A stretch of 64,000 bases of DNA from Octopus bimaculoides (GCF_001194135.2 NC_068993.1:28299444-28363443); one strand, 5' to 3'. Positions 26,478-39,520 are shown, numbered from the stretch's first letter. Numbers and translations are program-made. Notes: generated from the sequence alone by a model not told the origin.

Positions 26478-27017
26478 CTGAAACAGAGAAGCATTTAATT
26501 GAAGAAAGTTGACATAAATTAGAGAATTAAAAAGTAATACTCCATAACCCATTGAGTTCTTGGGGAACCACTGAATATAATTTTTCATTATTTGGACAGT
26601 GATTCAAGGTTGTGGTTTTAACAGGGTCACAAGGAAGGTTTGATTATTTTAACCTTCTCAAAATCCATGGAAAAATATTAGCTTAATACTTCAAGCTAAC
26701 CAAACACATCTGATACACACAGCTCACATGATTTAAAGCAGTAAATTAAACCTGCACATGATACCTATATACAATTGAATGGTCTTGACATTTTATAATT
26801 GTATAAACACTGCACATCATTGTCAGGGTATGAGCTGATGAACCTTCTGCTGGCAGGTCAAAGCCCAACTAACATGCCATTCAATTGCAATATTAAAATC
26901 AAAAACAATACAGTAATATTTTTCGTCTTATTTTATAGCTAAATGTAATAAATTACAGCTACTGATTAGCCATAAAAAACCTTGAGAATATTGTTACTGC
27001 ATCAATATATATATATA

Positions 27018-27182
27018 TAGAATGCTGAAAGGGAAATATCTTGACATTGGGAAGGGGAGGAGTTAGTCACAAATATTTAAGCAATGTCCAGAAATGGGTT
27101 CAGTATCCAGACATATTCTCCAAGAGCAGTTAGTTATATTGCACAGAAAAGGGGGGGGGGCTTTAAACAGAGCCACACTTTT
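27018..27182. repeat. ~165-bp direct repeat, copy 2 (intron upstream of TM exon A)
   Basis: Near-identical to 26085-26246; bordered by (TA)n on both sides. Confidence 0.95.
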
Positions 27183-27269
27183 ATTCACTGCACTATATAT
27201 ATATATATAGTGCAGTTAAGTAAACTGTCGTCTAAATTACATGAAAATGAAAACAACAATGACATCACA

Positions 27270-28077
27270 TTTTAACAGATATATTTACCAAAGTTGCATA
27301 AAAATATATTCAAATACTAAAGAGTAAATTTATTCAATAAAATCCTCATTGGTTTCAATCATGGCCTCCAGACGACTTCGGAATCTCCCGCAACTCTTCT
27401 GGATGGTCTCCTTGTTTAAGTTGATGAATGCTGCCATAATCCTTGCTTTCAGTTCATCTTTGGTGTTACAAAGAGTTTTGTTGGTCTCTTGCTCAACTGC
27501 GCCTCACACATAAAAATCAAGGGAGTTGCAGTGTGGGGAGTTAGGTGGTCAGATGTTAAGGGTGATATGGTCACAGAAATTATCTGAAAACCATGACTGG
27601 GTTCTCCTGCTTATGTGACATGATGCAGAGTCCTGCTGCCAAACAGAGGGTCTTCCAGCAGCCACCCTCTTGACCCAGGGTAGCACTACTTCTTCCAGGC
27701 ACTTGATGTAAGCCTCCATGTTGAGACTGAGGCCGTGTGGGAAGACGAATGGAGGCATAACGTCACCATCACTAGAGACCACCCCAAACACCATGATGTT
27801 GACTGGATGTTTGATTTTCATCACACTTGGTCCTCAGATTGACTCCCAAATACTTTGAAATGTTTGTATTGGACCTTCTGGCACAAATGCCAAGCAGTAC
27901 AGTATGTCGTTACCAAATTTTGGGCAGAATGAATTGTGTCATGGTGCTATTTTTCTCACAGATGGTGTCCAACTGACCCTACTATACTGTGTAGTCAACA
28001 AAATCAAAAACAAACAATGCACATGCGTGAAATTAAAAATATAAAATGGCGATGATTTACCCAGTGCACCCTTATAT
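27270..28077 (-). mobile_element. Tc1/mariner-superfamily transposon remnant
   Basis: ORF 27549-27824 HPVNIMVFGVVSSDG...WQQDSASCH; NSPHCNSLDFYVW follows; terminal tataagggtgcactgggtaaatc. Confidence 0.8.
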
Positions 28078-28169
28078 ATCATAGCTTTGTATCACTTGTC
28101 ATTATTTACAGGAACATAAGCAATTGATAATCATAAATATTGATAAGAGCTGATAAATAAATAGATGTT

Positions 28170-28480
28170 AAAACTATTCTTTTATTTGTTTCAGTCATTT
28201 GACTGTGACCATGCTGGAGCACCACCTTTAGTCAAACAAATTGCCCCCAGGACTTATTCTTTGTAAGCCTAGTACTTATTCTATTAATCTCTTTTGCTGA
28301 ACTGCTAAGTTATGAGGATGTAAACACATCAACATTGGTTGTCAAGCAATGGTGGTGGGGGGACAAACACATGACGGGCTTCTTTCAGTTTCCATCTACC
28401 AAATCTACTCACAAGCTTTGGTCAGCCTGAGGCTATAGTATAAGACACTAGCCCAAGGTACCATGCAGTGGGACTAAGGT
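28170..28480 (-). mobile_element. tRNA-derived SINE copy
   Basis: Reverse complement of the 4040-4420 and 31661-32085 copies. Confidence 0.85.
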
Positions 28481-28699
28481 GATGATGAAATCACAAAAAT
28501 GCCTGATCCTTAGAGCACAGGATTAATAGGTTCCATTTTTAAGCTAAAAAGAGAAACTTTCATTTTGAGCTATATTGCCTCACTTATTCCTTGAAGACAA
28601 ACTCATTTAATTAAGTTTTTCAGGTATTTAACTCAAAGGATGAGCTCAAAACAAAGCTAGCAATTGCCATATGTGCCAGACTCTTCAGTAGCATTGTCC

Positions 28700-29060
28700 T
28701 ACTTGTGCTCTAATATGATATTGAGACAACGAAGACAATAGAACATCAATTGGCAATGATGCAAAGGGCCATGGAAAGATCTATGTTAGGAATATCATTA
28801 AGAGAGCACATTCAAAATGAGATACTTCAAGAATGGAGTGAGTGAATCATGTGATCACAGAGTACCAAAAGCACAAGTTCTGCTGGGCCATACATGTCAC
28901 AAGGTTGAGAGACTACAGGTGGACCTGTGCAGTTGCTGAGTAATAGCCGAAAGATCACAAAAGGTCACTTGGAAGGTCTTCACAACAATAGGAAGACGAT
29001 TTGGTTAAGCAATTGGGGTTTGGAAGTGCACTGTGACCAGTGGAGTATAACAACATCTGA
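28700..29060 (+). mobile_element. RTE-like RT C-terminal remnant
   Basis: AKGHGKIYVRN/MERSMLGISLREHIQNE...WAIHVTRL degenerate segments. Confidence 0.5.
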
Positions 29061-29231
29061 AGGCCTGGTCGATACTGTGATACTATGAGTCAGAAAAAAC
29101 TATAAAACATCATTAAACACATTTCATTAAGAATACTTTTTGATAATGGCACAAGGCCACAACAGTGCTGAGGAAGAAATTGTCCCCAGATATATAAATG
29201 AAGTCAAGCCAAGTAATTTCAAAAGAGAAAA

Positions 29232-29403
29232 CTACACTCTCTGAGTGGTTGGCGTTAGGAAGGGCATCCAGCTGTAGAAACTCTGCCAAATCAGACTGGA
29301 GCCTGGTGTTGCCATCCGGTTTCACCAGTCCTCAGTCAAATCGTCCAACCCATGCTAGCATGGAAAGCGGACGTTAAACGATGATGATGATGATGATGAT
29401 GAT
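29232..29403 (+). repeat. RTE/SINE 3' tail with (GAT)n
   Basis: gagtggttggcgttaggaagggcatccagctgtagaaactctgcc...gttaaacgatgatgat. Confidence 0.85.
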
Positions 29404-29580
29404 GAAAACGAAAGACTAACGACAAAATATATACTTTTAGACATTCAGTCTATTTCTGCCATTCCACTGTGCTTAATTACTATTACTACTTGTAGTAAGT
29501 TCTAACTTTGGAACAAACCCACAAATTTAGAGGTAAGAGCATGTCAACTTAAATCTACTCAATGTCAACACAGACACTAT

Positions 29581-30099
29581 NNNNNNNNNNNNNNNNNNNN
29601 NNNNNNNNNNNNNNNNNNNNNNNNNNNNNNNNNNNNNNNNNNNNNNNNNNNNNNNNNNNNNNNNNNNNNNNNNNNNNNNNNNNNNNNNNNNNNNNNNNNN
29701 NNNNNNNNNNNNNNNNNNNNNNNNNNNNNNNNNNNNNNNNNNNNNNNNNNNNNNNNNNNNNNNNNNNNNNNNNNNNNNNNNNNNNNNNNNNNNNNNNNNN
29801 NNNNNNNNNNNNNNNNNNNNNNNNNNNNNNNNNNNNNNNNNNNNNNNNNNNNNNNNNNNNNNNNNNNNNNNNNNNNNNNNNNNNNNNNNNNNNNNNNNNN
29901 NNNNNNNNNNNNNNNNNNNNNNNNNNNNNNNNNNNNNNNNNNNNNNNNNNNNNNNNNNNNNNNNNNNNNNNNNNNNNNNNNNNNNNNNNNNNNNNNNNNN
30001 NNNNNNNNNNNNNNNNNNNNNNNNNNNNNNNNNNNNNNNNNNNNNNNNNNNNNNNNNNNNNNNNNNNNNNNNNNNNNNNNNNNNNNNNNNNNNNNNNNN
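29581..30099. other. Assembly gap
   Basis: N run. Confidence 1.
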
Positions 30100-30279
30100 A
30101 TCTACTTTTAAAAACTATCTCTCTCTTGTCTTCTTTTATTGATTTATATTCTTTTCAAAAGTTTTCTGATTTAATATTTGTATTGCTTCAACTATAGTTG
30201 GCATCAGCAATATGTGAGGATGATTTTAAATATTGTAAACAATTTCAAAATAAAATCATTCAGTCTTGTATTTTTTTTG

Positions 30280-30650
30280 TTTGTTTCAGTCATTTGACTG
30301 CGGCCATACTGGAGCACCACCTTTAGTTGAACAAATCGACCTCTGGACTTAGCCTAGTACTTATTTTATCGGTCTCTTTTGCCAAACCACTAAGTTACAG
30401 GGACATAAACACACCAACATTGGTTGTCAAGTGAAGACAGTGGGACAAACAAACACAAATATATATATATATATATTAAAAGCGATGGGCTTCCTTCAGT
30501 TTCCATCTACCAAATTCACTCACAAGGCTTTGGTCAGCCTGAGGCTATAGTAGAATAGTAGAAAACATTTGTACAAGGTGCCACACAGTAGGACTGAACC
30601 CAGAACCACGTAGTTGGGAAGCAAGCTTCTTACCACACAGCCACTCCCTA
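30280..30650 (-). mobile_element. tRNA-derived SINE copy
   Basis: Reverse complement of the SINE seen at 31661-32085. Confidence 0.85.
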
Positions 30651-30689
30651 AGCCTAATAATAATTATTGATGTAGTGTGCAAGAGAGAC

Positions 30690-31050
30690 GTCTGTGTTGG
30701 TATGGTCATGTGATGTGTATGGATGAGGACAGCTGTGTAAAGAGGAGTCGATCTCTAACTGTAGAGGGAACCTGTGGAAGGGGTAGACCCAAGAAGTAAT
30801 GGGATGAGGTGATGAAGCATGATCTTCGAACATTGGGTCTCACAGAAGCAATGACAAGTGACTGAGACCTTTGTGATTGGCCATGCTTGAGAAGCACCAA
30901 CAAGCCAAGTGAATTCATAGTCATGGCCAATGCCAGTGGCACATAAAAAGCACCCTTTGAACATTGGACCCCATGGAGACAATGATAAGTGCTGACACTT
31001 TTGGCGATATGCCATGCATGAGATGACTCGGCAAGCCAAGTGAAATCATA
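30690..31050 (+). mobile_element. RTE 3' fragment
   Basis: MDEDSCVKRSRSLTVEGTCGRGRPKK. Confidence 0.75.
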
Positions 31051-31660
31051 GTCAAAGCTGTTTATTTGGAGGCTTTGTTTTAAACTAATTTAAAACAAGT
31101 TCTCTCATTGGTTGAAAAAATTTCAACCGAAATCATCCTAGGTTTTAGCCAGAATTATTCTAAAAGATATTTCAGAACGCTTCTAGAAACTTCCATGGAA
31201 AGTTATAAAAGCCTGAATTTTTTCCGATTTTAGTTAGTGGATAGTGTGGCTTCTGGAAGCTGTTACTCGCTCTCACATACACTTCTTGTAGTTTAACATT
31301 CCTGCTATGATACAAGACGTTGCTTTCCTCCATAATGACCTTTGCTTTCTTTAGTTTAGTTTCAATGAAATAGATAGGTAATTTAATTCTTGTTATGTCT
31401 TTGTGGTAGATAAACTCTTAGAGAAAAATTTTAAATTTCCTACTATACGTATGTTTTCTCACGTCTTTCTTTATTGACGAAGGGAGAGATTACTCTCATG
31501 TATTTATATTTAATTGTAATTAAACTTAGTAAAATAAACGAGAACCAAATGAAAATATCTTTGAAATTGAGCTTTCACAGAAATTTATTTGATGATTCTT
31601 GTCATTTTACCAACAGGAAGTGATAAAAGAAATTAGGTCAACTTCAATATATTATATCTG

Positions 31661-31857
31661 GGGAGGAGTGGCTGTGTGGTAAGTAGCTTGCTTACCAACC
31701 ACATGGTTCCGGATTCAGTCGCACTGCGTGGCATCTTGGGCAAGTGTATTCTACTATAGCCTCGGGCTGACCAAAGCCTTGTGAGTGGATTTGGTACACG
31801 GAAACTGAAAGAAGCTCGTTGTATATATGTGTATATAATATATATATATATATATAT

Positions 31858-31889
<32 letters not shown>

Positions 31890-32085
31890 TTGTCCCCCCA
31901 ACATCGCTTGACAACCGATGGCGTGTTTACATCCCCGTAATTTAGCAGTTCGGCAAAAGAGACCGATAGAATAAGTACTAGGCTTCCAAAGAATAAGTCC
32001 TGGGGTCGATTTGCTCAACTAAAGGCGGTGCTCCAGCATGGCCACAGTCAAAAAGACTGAAACAAGTAAAAGAGTAAAGAGTAAA
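31661..32085 (+). mobile_element. Full-length tRNA-derived SINE (~425 bp)
   Basis: A-box-like gtggctgtgtggtaag, B-box-like ggttccggattcagtc, internal TA/TG tract, 3' (gtaaaaga)n tail. Confidence 0.9.
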
Positions 32086-32577
32086 TACATCATCAACCAC
32101 AGAATATATATGAAGACAACAAAATAAGAACCCGAAAATACAACAGCACATAAAAAGCAAGCACCCATTACATTCTTGGAGTGGTTGGCATTAGGAAGGG
32201 CGTCCAGCTGTAGAAACTATGCCTAATCAGATTGGAACCTGGTGTAGCTCTACAGCTTACCAGTTTCAATCAAACTGTCTCTAACCCATGCCAGTATGGA
32301 AAGCAGATACTAAATGATGATGTAAAACGTTGCCTTAATATAACATTGGAATGACACATATTAAAGAGGAAAGTAGAGTCAATTAAAATAATCTCAGTAC
32401 TTGTCTGGAATGTAATTTTATCTAGTCCAGAAGGATGAGAGGCAAAGTTGATTTCAGTGTAGGATTTGAGAACCACTGCCTTGTCACAAATTTAGTTTTG
32501 GATGAAATAACAGAAACATTTAAAGTAGCTGTAGATGAAAACAGATTTTTATCAGTAAGAAGGCTTATTCAACTTAC

Positions 32578-32724
32578 ACCAGAAATGGAAGATTTTTCCT
32601 GAGCTTGTTTTAGTGCAAACGTATCTTCAGTCCATTTCGTAGTTGTTGCAAGGTTGTCTGTTATAAGAATGTTATCAAACATGATAGATTCAGTCATAGA
32701 CCATAACTCTAATCCAACAGCACC
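32578..32724 (-). CDS. CANX: Calnexin exon: GAVGLELWSMTESIMFDNILITDNLATTTKWTEDTFALKQAQEKSSISG
   Basis: 147 nt, phase 0/0; ttttccag|GGT ... GGT|gtaagt; GLELWSM/FDN motif. Confidence 0.95.
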
Positions 32725-33441
32725 CTGGAAAAGAAATTTTCAAATTTAAGTAAAAGCATAATGAATCTCCATCAAATTTTTCTTCATTTTCATTTTTTTT
32801 TTTTTGGTAAATAGGATATCAATTTTTGAAGTAAATTTTGCATTTCCAGTGAGTACATAGAGCAGTGGTTTTCTATCATTCAACTCTGTGCATTAAAAAC
32901 TTTGTTCATTTCTCTTGCATTTATTTTTCCATGCTTGCATGGGTTTGATCAGTATATACTACTAAAGTATTGTTTTATAATTAGATCCCCTTCCTGGCAT
33001 TAAACTGGCCTGTTTTTCAAGAGATTTTTAAAAAATTTCTTATGTCTTCTAGTTTGTTGACAGAGAACTGTCAACAAAGTTCCCCATTTGTGCTCAGCAC
33101 TATTTATATGCGAATGCAGAATGTAATCATTCGCACACATGGAAATCACTGTCTACCTAATTTACTCACAAAACATTGTTAGGCTAGGACCTAGAGTAGA
33201 AGAAATTTCCCCACAAAACTATGTTGCTGAGGAAGCAAGCTTCCTAACTGCTATATAAGCATCTTGTGTTTTCAAAGACATTAATATGAATTTTCTAAAT
33301 TCCTAGATTATATATTATTTTTAATCCAGGCATACTTACAGTACTTTGCAGCATACCATTTAAGAACCACTGATGCAGAAAGAAGGGGTGGGTTAATTTT
33401 TATTTTTTTAACTTTTGAACAAAATTAAATAATCCACTTAC

Positions 33442-33516
33442 AATTGGTATCATTTGATAAGGATTCAAGTCTTCAAAATAATCAGGATTAGGAATCATTC
33501 TTGGTTTCCATATACC
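33442..33516 (-). CDS. CANX: Calnexin exon: GIWKPRMIPNPDYFEDLNPYQMIPI
   Basis: 75 nt, phase 0/0; ctctctag|GGT ... ATT|gtaagt. Confidence 0.95.
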
Positions 33517-34039
33517 CTAGAGAGAGAGAAAGGTATATATATATATATAAAACACATATTTATGCCCATATATACATTTATGTATGTGTGATGATGATAT
33601 ATCAACAGAGGTACTCAGTGATGCTCAAGTATCAAATGAACATGAGGGTGTGATTTGAGGAAGAATTAACTACTAAAGATCTTGCTTGTTGGTTTATGCA
33701 TACATAAGATAGTAGAGTGTGATTTGAGGAAAATTTGGATAACATCTATTAACTGCCCAAAGACTAAAAGTTTTAATTAGCAGGAATGAAAACAGGATTC
33801 TTTTGCCAATGGAAAAGTGACTATGTTCAATATGCAGAGATAAAGTAGAAATTCTTTACGGTGTACACAGTGTAAATTAAGTGCACACAAGAGCTGTAGT
33901 AGAAGCACAAGCAGGCTGACAGAAAAGGTAGATTTTGTATAAGGCAGATGTATAAGAGTTAGTAATAAACTACAAGTCAAATAGATTCTTTCAAATGCTT
34001 AGAAAACTACCTAGAAGTAGTTGATAACATTTGTTATGC

Positions 34040-34520
34040 GTGTGAATAAATCAGTAGTGAAAAGGGAAGTAGGGTTGAGAAAGCACAGAAGCCAGTATCA
34101 GAACAAGGTAGAAAAAATTCATTAAAATCTATTGCTTCTGTTCTCAACAAAAGCTTTTTCAGAGTAAAGTGCAAATTATATGATACTTGTGTATGAACTG
34201 GGATGCTGCATGGTAACAAGATGTGAGCCTTGAATGAAGAAGATATGGAAAGGCAAGAAAGTGATGATGTAAGAATGCTAAGGTGGATCTGTAACGCTAG
34301 TAAACATACAGTAGAGCACAAATGAACAGAGAGAAAAATTGGATACAAGAGGGATCAAGATAGTGCTGATAAGGTTATGTGACATGTAGGGAGAACACAG
34401 GCTATATACAGGAGCAAGTGATCCAAGTAAATGGAATTTGTAGAAAGGAAACCTGCAGAAAACCTAATATGTAGCAAAAACTGATCTCAAGAAGCAGAAT
34501 TCATGAAGAGATAAATGCTG
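34040..34520 (+). mobile_element. Decayed RTE fragment
   Basis: KVKCKLYDTCV...MLHG...ESDDVRMLRWICN. Confidence 0.55.
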
Positions 34521-35670
34521 TACTAGAGAAGTCTTGCCCACTAGTATGACCATCTAAAATAACAACAGTGATGAAGGCTGGGATATTCAATATATTTATA
34601 ATTGTTTCTTTCTCTGTCCATTGGCTCCTAGCACTATCTCTTTCTCTCATCCTGCCACTTGTGAAATGACAATTGCAACATACTGGATTTCTCTCAATTC
34701 AATATCGCTTCCAATACCCCAGTCACTATTGCATAATTATTTTCTTTTTTCTCTTTACACTTTCTTCTCATTGTTACCTAATCCATCATGAAGCAGTCTA
34801 TCACTATTTTCCATTAATTTCCCTTCTATCCTCTCTTGCACTGGCTCTCTCCTACCACTCTCTTTGCCATGTTCCTATTTAATCTCCTTACTAACAACCT
34901 TTATACTATCATCTCTCTCCCACACTCTCCCTATCACCTAATAGCGCTTTCTGACCACTTCTGCCCTCTTAGTTGAGTGAAAAGAAAAGAATAAACAGAG
35001 AACATAAGGAAGAGGGGACAAGGTCTCTACTGATAATGAATAGAGACAATAAAGGATGGAAAACATTCTTTAGACTTGCTAGGAACAAAAGTCATTCTCA
35101 GATCAGAACATAAAAAAAAAAAAAAAAAAGGCAGAATTAGTATAGTTTATTAATTTTAGTATTAGTTTCTATTACTTCAGCTATATTACTTTCTGTTTAC
35201 TAATTCATCTGAAGATCAATTTTTATAGAAGAGAATATTTACATGGTCAACTAAATTTAACCCTAGTATATAACAAGTAATTATTTGACCAACAAAGTAG
35301 TATGGAAGACAAAAATTAACCCTAATACCAAAATAGCTATCTCATCCAGTTACGTTTTCTTTTGTTTTTGCCCAAATTTGGCTCTTAATTGCCTTTAGTG
35401 GAATCCATTGTTACAAGTATGCACAGAAATCTCTGGACAGACAGAAACTGGAGAATTGCTTTGCCCACTACCCAACTCCCACCATCTGAAAAGCCTTAAA
35501 AGGGTGAATACTCGAGTTGTCTCCCCCACCCATAAGCTCCCAAAGGTCTCAGAAATCCTACAAAGGAAATTCCTAAATAATTCACCCACCATCACATACC
35601 AAAATTTTCAAAGATACTTAAAAAAATCATGGATACAGCATCCCTTTCTTATCAAGACGAAAAAACTGAC

Positions 35671-35786
35671 CTGGTAATTTGGGTTGTCAATCATTGGAGG
35701 TCTCCATTTGCCCTTGTATTTAGGATTATCAATCATACCTGGTTTCCATTCACCACAACCAGGTGCATCTGCACATTTTGGGTTAG
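35671..35786 (-). CDS. CANX: Calnexin exon: [38 protein letters not shown]
   Basis: 116 nt, phase 1/0; aatttag|CT ... CAG|gtcagt; type-2 P-domain repeats with the C-x5-C disulfide pair. Confidence 0.96.
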
Positions 35787-35986
35787 CTAAATTTACAAAA
35801 ATGAAAATAAATTCAAAAAGTTATAGCATATATCATGAAAAATGTGTTCTTTGTGTAGGTCAACAAAATTATGTTATTTAGTTGTGAAATTTATTTTCTT
35901 AAAAATTTACTACAACTTAACACATTTCAAACAAAAGAGTAAGTAATATCTTGTAAATATAATTACAGAAGTGAGAAATTACTTAC

Positions 35987-36027
35987 AGATCAAGGGAGCC
36001 TCCCATTCTCCATCCATATCATCATCC
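35987..36027 (-). CDS. CANX: Calnexin exon: DDDMDGEWEAPLI(S)
   Basis: 41 nt, phase 2/1; catatag|G ... T|gtaagt; P-domain tip motif DMDGEWEAP. Confidence 0.95.
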
Positions 36028-36743
36028 CTATATGAATAAGAGAAAGACAAGTAAAAATAACCTGGCCAGAAGTTAAATTCGTACAAAAGAAGTAGAAATA
36101 CAAACATCTGCAAATTCAAAGAGAAAACTTCAGTTAATTGATTTTAGGTAATTTTTAAATTATTAAAATATGTTTGACATCTTGTCATTTGAAAAAACCT
36201 TGAAATATAAATAAATTTTTTTTTTTTACCAAATTACTGTAACTATGAAGTATATATCAATAGTGCTTGTATGAGCAACCATTTGTTTTCAAAAAACAAC
36301 TGAACAATAGCATTTGTAAACGGTTTCCAATGGATTAGCCATTGGTTCATGGCATGTTTAATTTAGTGAAGTACAAATACCACAATGTAACAAACATCCA
36401 TCATGTTATCAAGGTAATCATTTTCCATCTGCACAATATCACTTTCAGTTAGATAATAACTGAATAGTTATTTCTTTCTCATGCTGTCCAAACAGCACTG
36501 ATTCACATACTTAGATTATTCTCACTCTTCTTCAACCCTTGTCTGTAACATCACTCCAAGTACACATTGCATCACCCACAACCTGTCTTATTCCTTTACA
36601 ATTTACTACGCCCCTACCTCACTTCTATTGTTCAAGTCATATACTGAATGCCAGTAATGGCAGGTCTATATAAACAAGCCCAGATTTTTCCAACAACAAA
36701 TGTTACACCTCACACATACTTCTAAATCTCAAAGTTAACATAC

Positions 36744-36857
36744 CAGTCAGCTGGTTTTTCAGCATCAGGGTCTGGAATATCTTCTGGTTCATCATCAAGC
36801 CAACCAGAAGGCTTCACAGCATCCTCATCAATAATTTTTTCTGGTTGTTCTTCATCC
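36744..36857 (-). CDS. CANX: Calnexin exon: [37 protein letters not shown](W)
   Basis: 114 nt, phase 2/2; aacttcag|G ... TG|gtatgt; overlaps ORF 36722-36946. Confidence 0.96.
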
Positions 36858-37338
36858 CTGAAGTTAGATACACAAATTATATATAAAATTGTTCTGGTGT
36901 CCACTTTATGTTTGCTTGAGCTGGACAGAATTATTTTTTGAGGCAAATTTTCTACAATTAAATGCTCTTTCTCCTGTTTTTACATGAGGAAATATTTCCT
37001 CATGGCCAGACATGTTTTCACAAAGGATTGAAAAGGACACTAATTTATGATGGTAACACATGCTTACAACTGTCATGCAGTGTCAAGACAAGGAAACACA
37101 AATACTCATGTACAAGTGTGTGTATACACATGTACACAAAACATATGTTCACTTGGACATATCACCATATCTCTTTCAAATTACAATAGGGAGCAACTTT
37201 ATAGTAAGAGAATAAGAAGTGAAGGGGGATAAAGCAGGAAAGAAAAGGGTTAGAGCACAGCATGTTTCTTGCTGTGAAGCTACATGATTACTCACATTTT
37301 AGGAGAGAAGCTGGGAGTGGTTAGGTGTGTGTGTGTGT

Positions 37339-37381
<43 letters not shown>

Positions 37382-37399
37382 TTGTCAACTAGTCCTTGA

Positions 37400-38100
37400 A
37401 TATGATATCTTGGAACTTCTTGAGCTTCTTTTTTTACTTGGTAAATAATTCTTCATGCCAGCCTTTGATTTCATCACTTTGCTACACATACTGCATTAAA
37501 ACCAAGTTGCTGGGAAGACTGCAGCTGCTCCATATTATCATGCTCTCTGATGTGGTTGTGAGGCTTTCCTCTTACCTTGGAATTCTCACATTACACCGCT
37601 GACTCCTTCGTGTATTACCTGGTTAACAATACGGGTGACTAGGCTATATAGCCTACACTGCCAGATATTTTTAGCATCTCTGTAGTGATTCCTGATGGGC
37701 TGGGGGGGCTTTCCTTGTTTTCATACTCTTAACAGCTTTATCTACCATGGTACTGTCAACTCGAATCGCTGGTCCCTCTGTTGGGTTGACATTCAGCAGA
37801 CTCTCTTCCTCCCATTCATTCTCTTTATTGAGCAACCTTTTGTAGTGGTGTCTCCAAACCTCTTTCTTTGCAGCTTCGTTTAGTGCAAGCGTGCCATCAT
37901 CCATGCGAACACATTTCTCTCCCACGACATCCGATTCTCTCTCTCACACTGTCTTGCAACCCCAAATACCTCAAGTCTTTCGGCCTCATGGTGCAGAACA
38001 TTGGCAAATTTTTTCTTATCTGCTTCCCCTCTGGCTTAATAAACCTGTCGCTTAGCTTCCCTTCTGGCAGTCTGATACAATTCCCTGCTACCACCGTTTT
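37400..38100 (-). mobile_element. RTE fragment (pre-RT region)
   Basis: KCVRMDDGTLALNEAAKKEVWRHHYKRLLNKENEWEEESLLNVNPTEGPAIRVD...VDKAVKSMK. Confidence 0.75.
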
Positions 38101-38126
38101 TCCAGTCCTTCCAAGCCTGTTTCTTT

Positions 38127-38225
<99 letters not shown>

Positions 38226-38328
38226 CTTACGTTGAATGTCAAGTGTTTGAGATGTATTGAAAGATACAGATAAGGAAGTAGCATGAACAGGACAAACTAT
38301 CAATATTTTGCAGAAAAATCTGTCGGCA

Positions 38329-38400
38329 GCCAGCCATGAGACTCAAACTCACATCCCCGTTATTACGCGTCAAGTGCTTTACCATTAAACTAAACTGCCC
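38329..38400 (-). pseudogene. tRNA-like sequence (likely a SINE head or tRNA pseudogene)
   Basis: GGGCAGTTTAGTTTAATGGTAAAGC A-box and GTGAG-TTTGAGT-CTCAT T-arm; anticodon stem does not pair. Confidence 0.4.
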
Positions 38401-39179
38401 AGACGATAAATTCTTCTGTAAATTTAGGATATATAAATCTAGCTTTTATAATATGCTATCGCATGTTAAATTAAACTTATGCTGAAAGTCAACAAACGAA
38501 GTTTGCTTTAGAAGCGTTGATACAGATAAGGAAATAATTTAATTCTCAAACGCATGTGTGTATTCAGTTATACATATATTCGGCTCAGAGGACTACAAAT
38601 CTTGAAGGAGGTGGGAGGGTAGGTTGAGCTTCATGCTTAGGGATGAAAGAATTACTGAGGAGGGGGTGGGGCAGAGAGAGAAAGAAAAAATGATCAATAG
38701 GAGCTGCTAGGGATAGATAATGGCAATGAGGTGCCTAGATGGCCCTACAAGGCACAAGGTGAGTAGAAGTGAGTAGGTGATTTGCAAGATTGTATAGGAA
38801 GAAGAATGAAGGGATGGAAGGTAGACTGTCAAAATGGGTAGGATTGAAAGGTGGATGTAAACGACAGGAGTAGTAAAGGTGACACAGTTGCCAGAGGGAA
38901 ATGACATGTTAAGCAGGCATAGTATATGTAAAGGTGAGGATGAATCACAGTAATGTGTGGAGGGCACAAAACGTACCACATCCAGAGCCGAGTTTCACTG
39001 AAGAGGGTGGGTCTTTTCAAGAACCTCAAATCACCAGAGATCCTAGTCCTTTGTCATCTCCTCCACTATGCTCAGGGTACTGGGGTCAGCCTTCACCACT
39101 TCATCCCATGTCTTCCAGCATCTCCTTCTTCCATAAGTTCCATCTACATTTAGTGATCAACACATTTTTATACAGCTGT

Positions 39180-39520
39180 CCTCATCCATATGCATCATGC
39201 ATCACATGACTTCTTTCTTGCACAGTAGATCTGATTCCTTCAATACCCAGTTTTTCACTCAGCACCTTCATACTAATTATTTCATGCACACTCACATTGC
39301 ACATCCAATAGAGTATACTCACTTCATTTCTCTGTAGTCTTCTCAAGTGCTCTACATCCAAGGCCCATGTTTCACTACCATGCAGCTTTGTAGTTCTAAC
39401 ACAAGCATCATAAAATCTACTCTTCACTCTTAGGGAAAAGATCTTTGTTGTCAGCAGTGGTAGCAGCTCCCTGAACTTTTTCTGAGATTTTACTCTAGCT
39501 ACTATATAGGGATAAGGCCA
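39180..39520 (-). mobile_element. RTE fragment
   Basis: KKFRELLPLLTTKIFSLRVKSRFYDACVRTTKLHGSETWAL. Confidence 0.8.

Noticed and set aside
29581-30099. Missing calnexin exon hidden in this or other gaps
   Set aside because: The exon chain is continuous in phase and homology without the gaps. An extra optional exon cannot be excluded.
35395-35677. ORFs on both strands next to exon 35671
   Set aside because: No recognisable homology or matching splice sites; treated as intron.
38329-38400. Functional tRNA gene
   Set aside because: The anticodon stem does not pair and the acceptor stem is mismatched, so it is kept only as tRNA-like.
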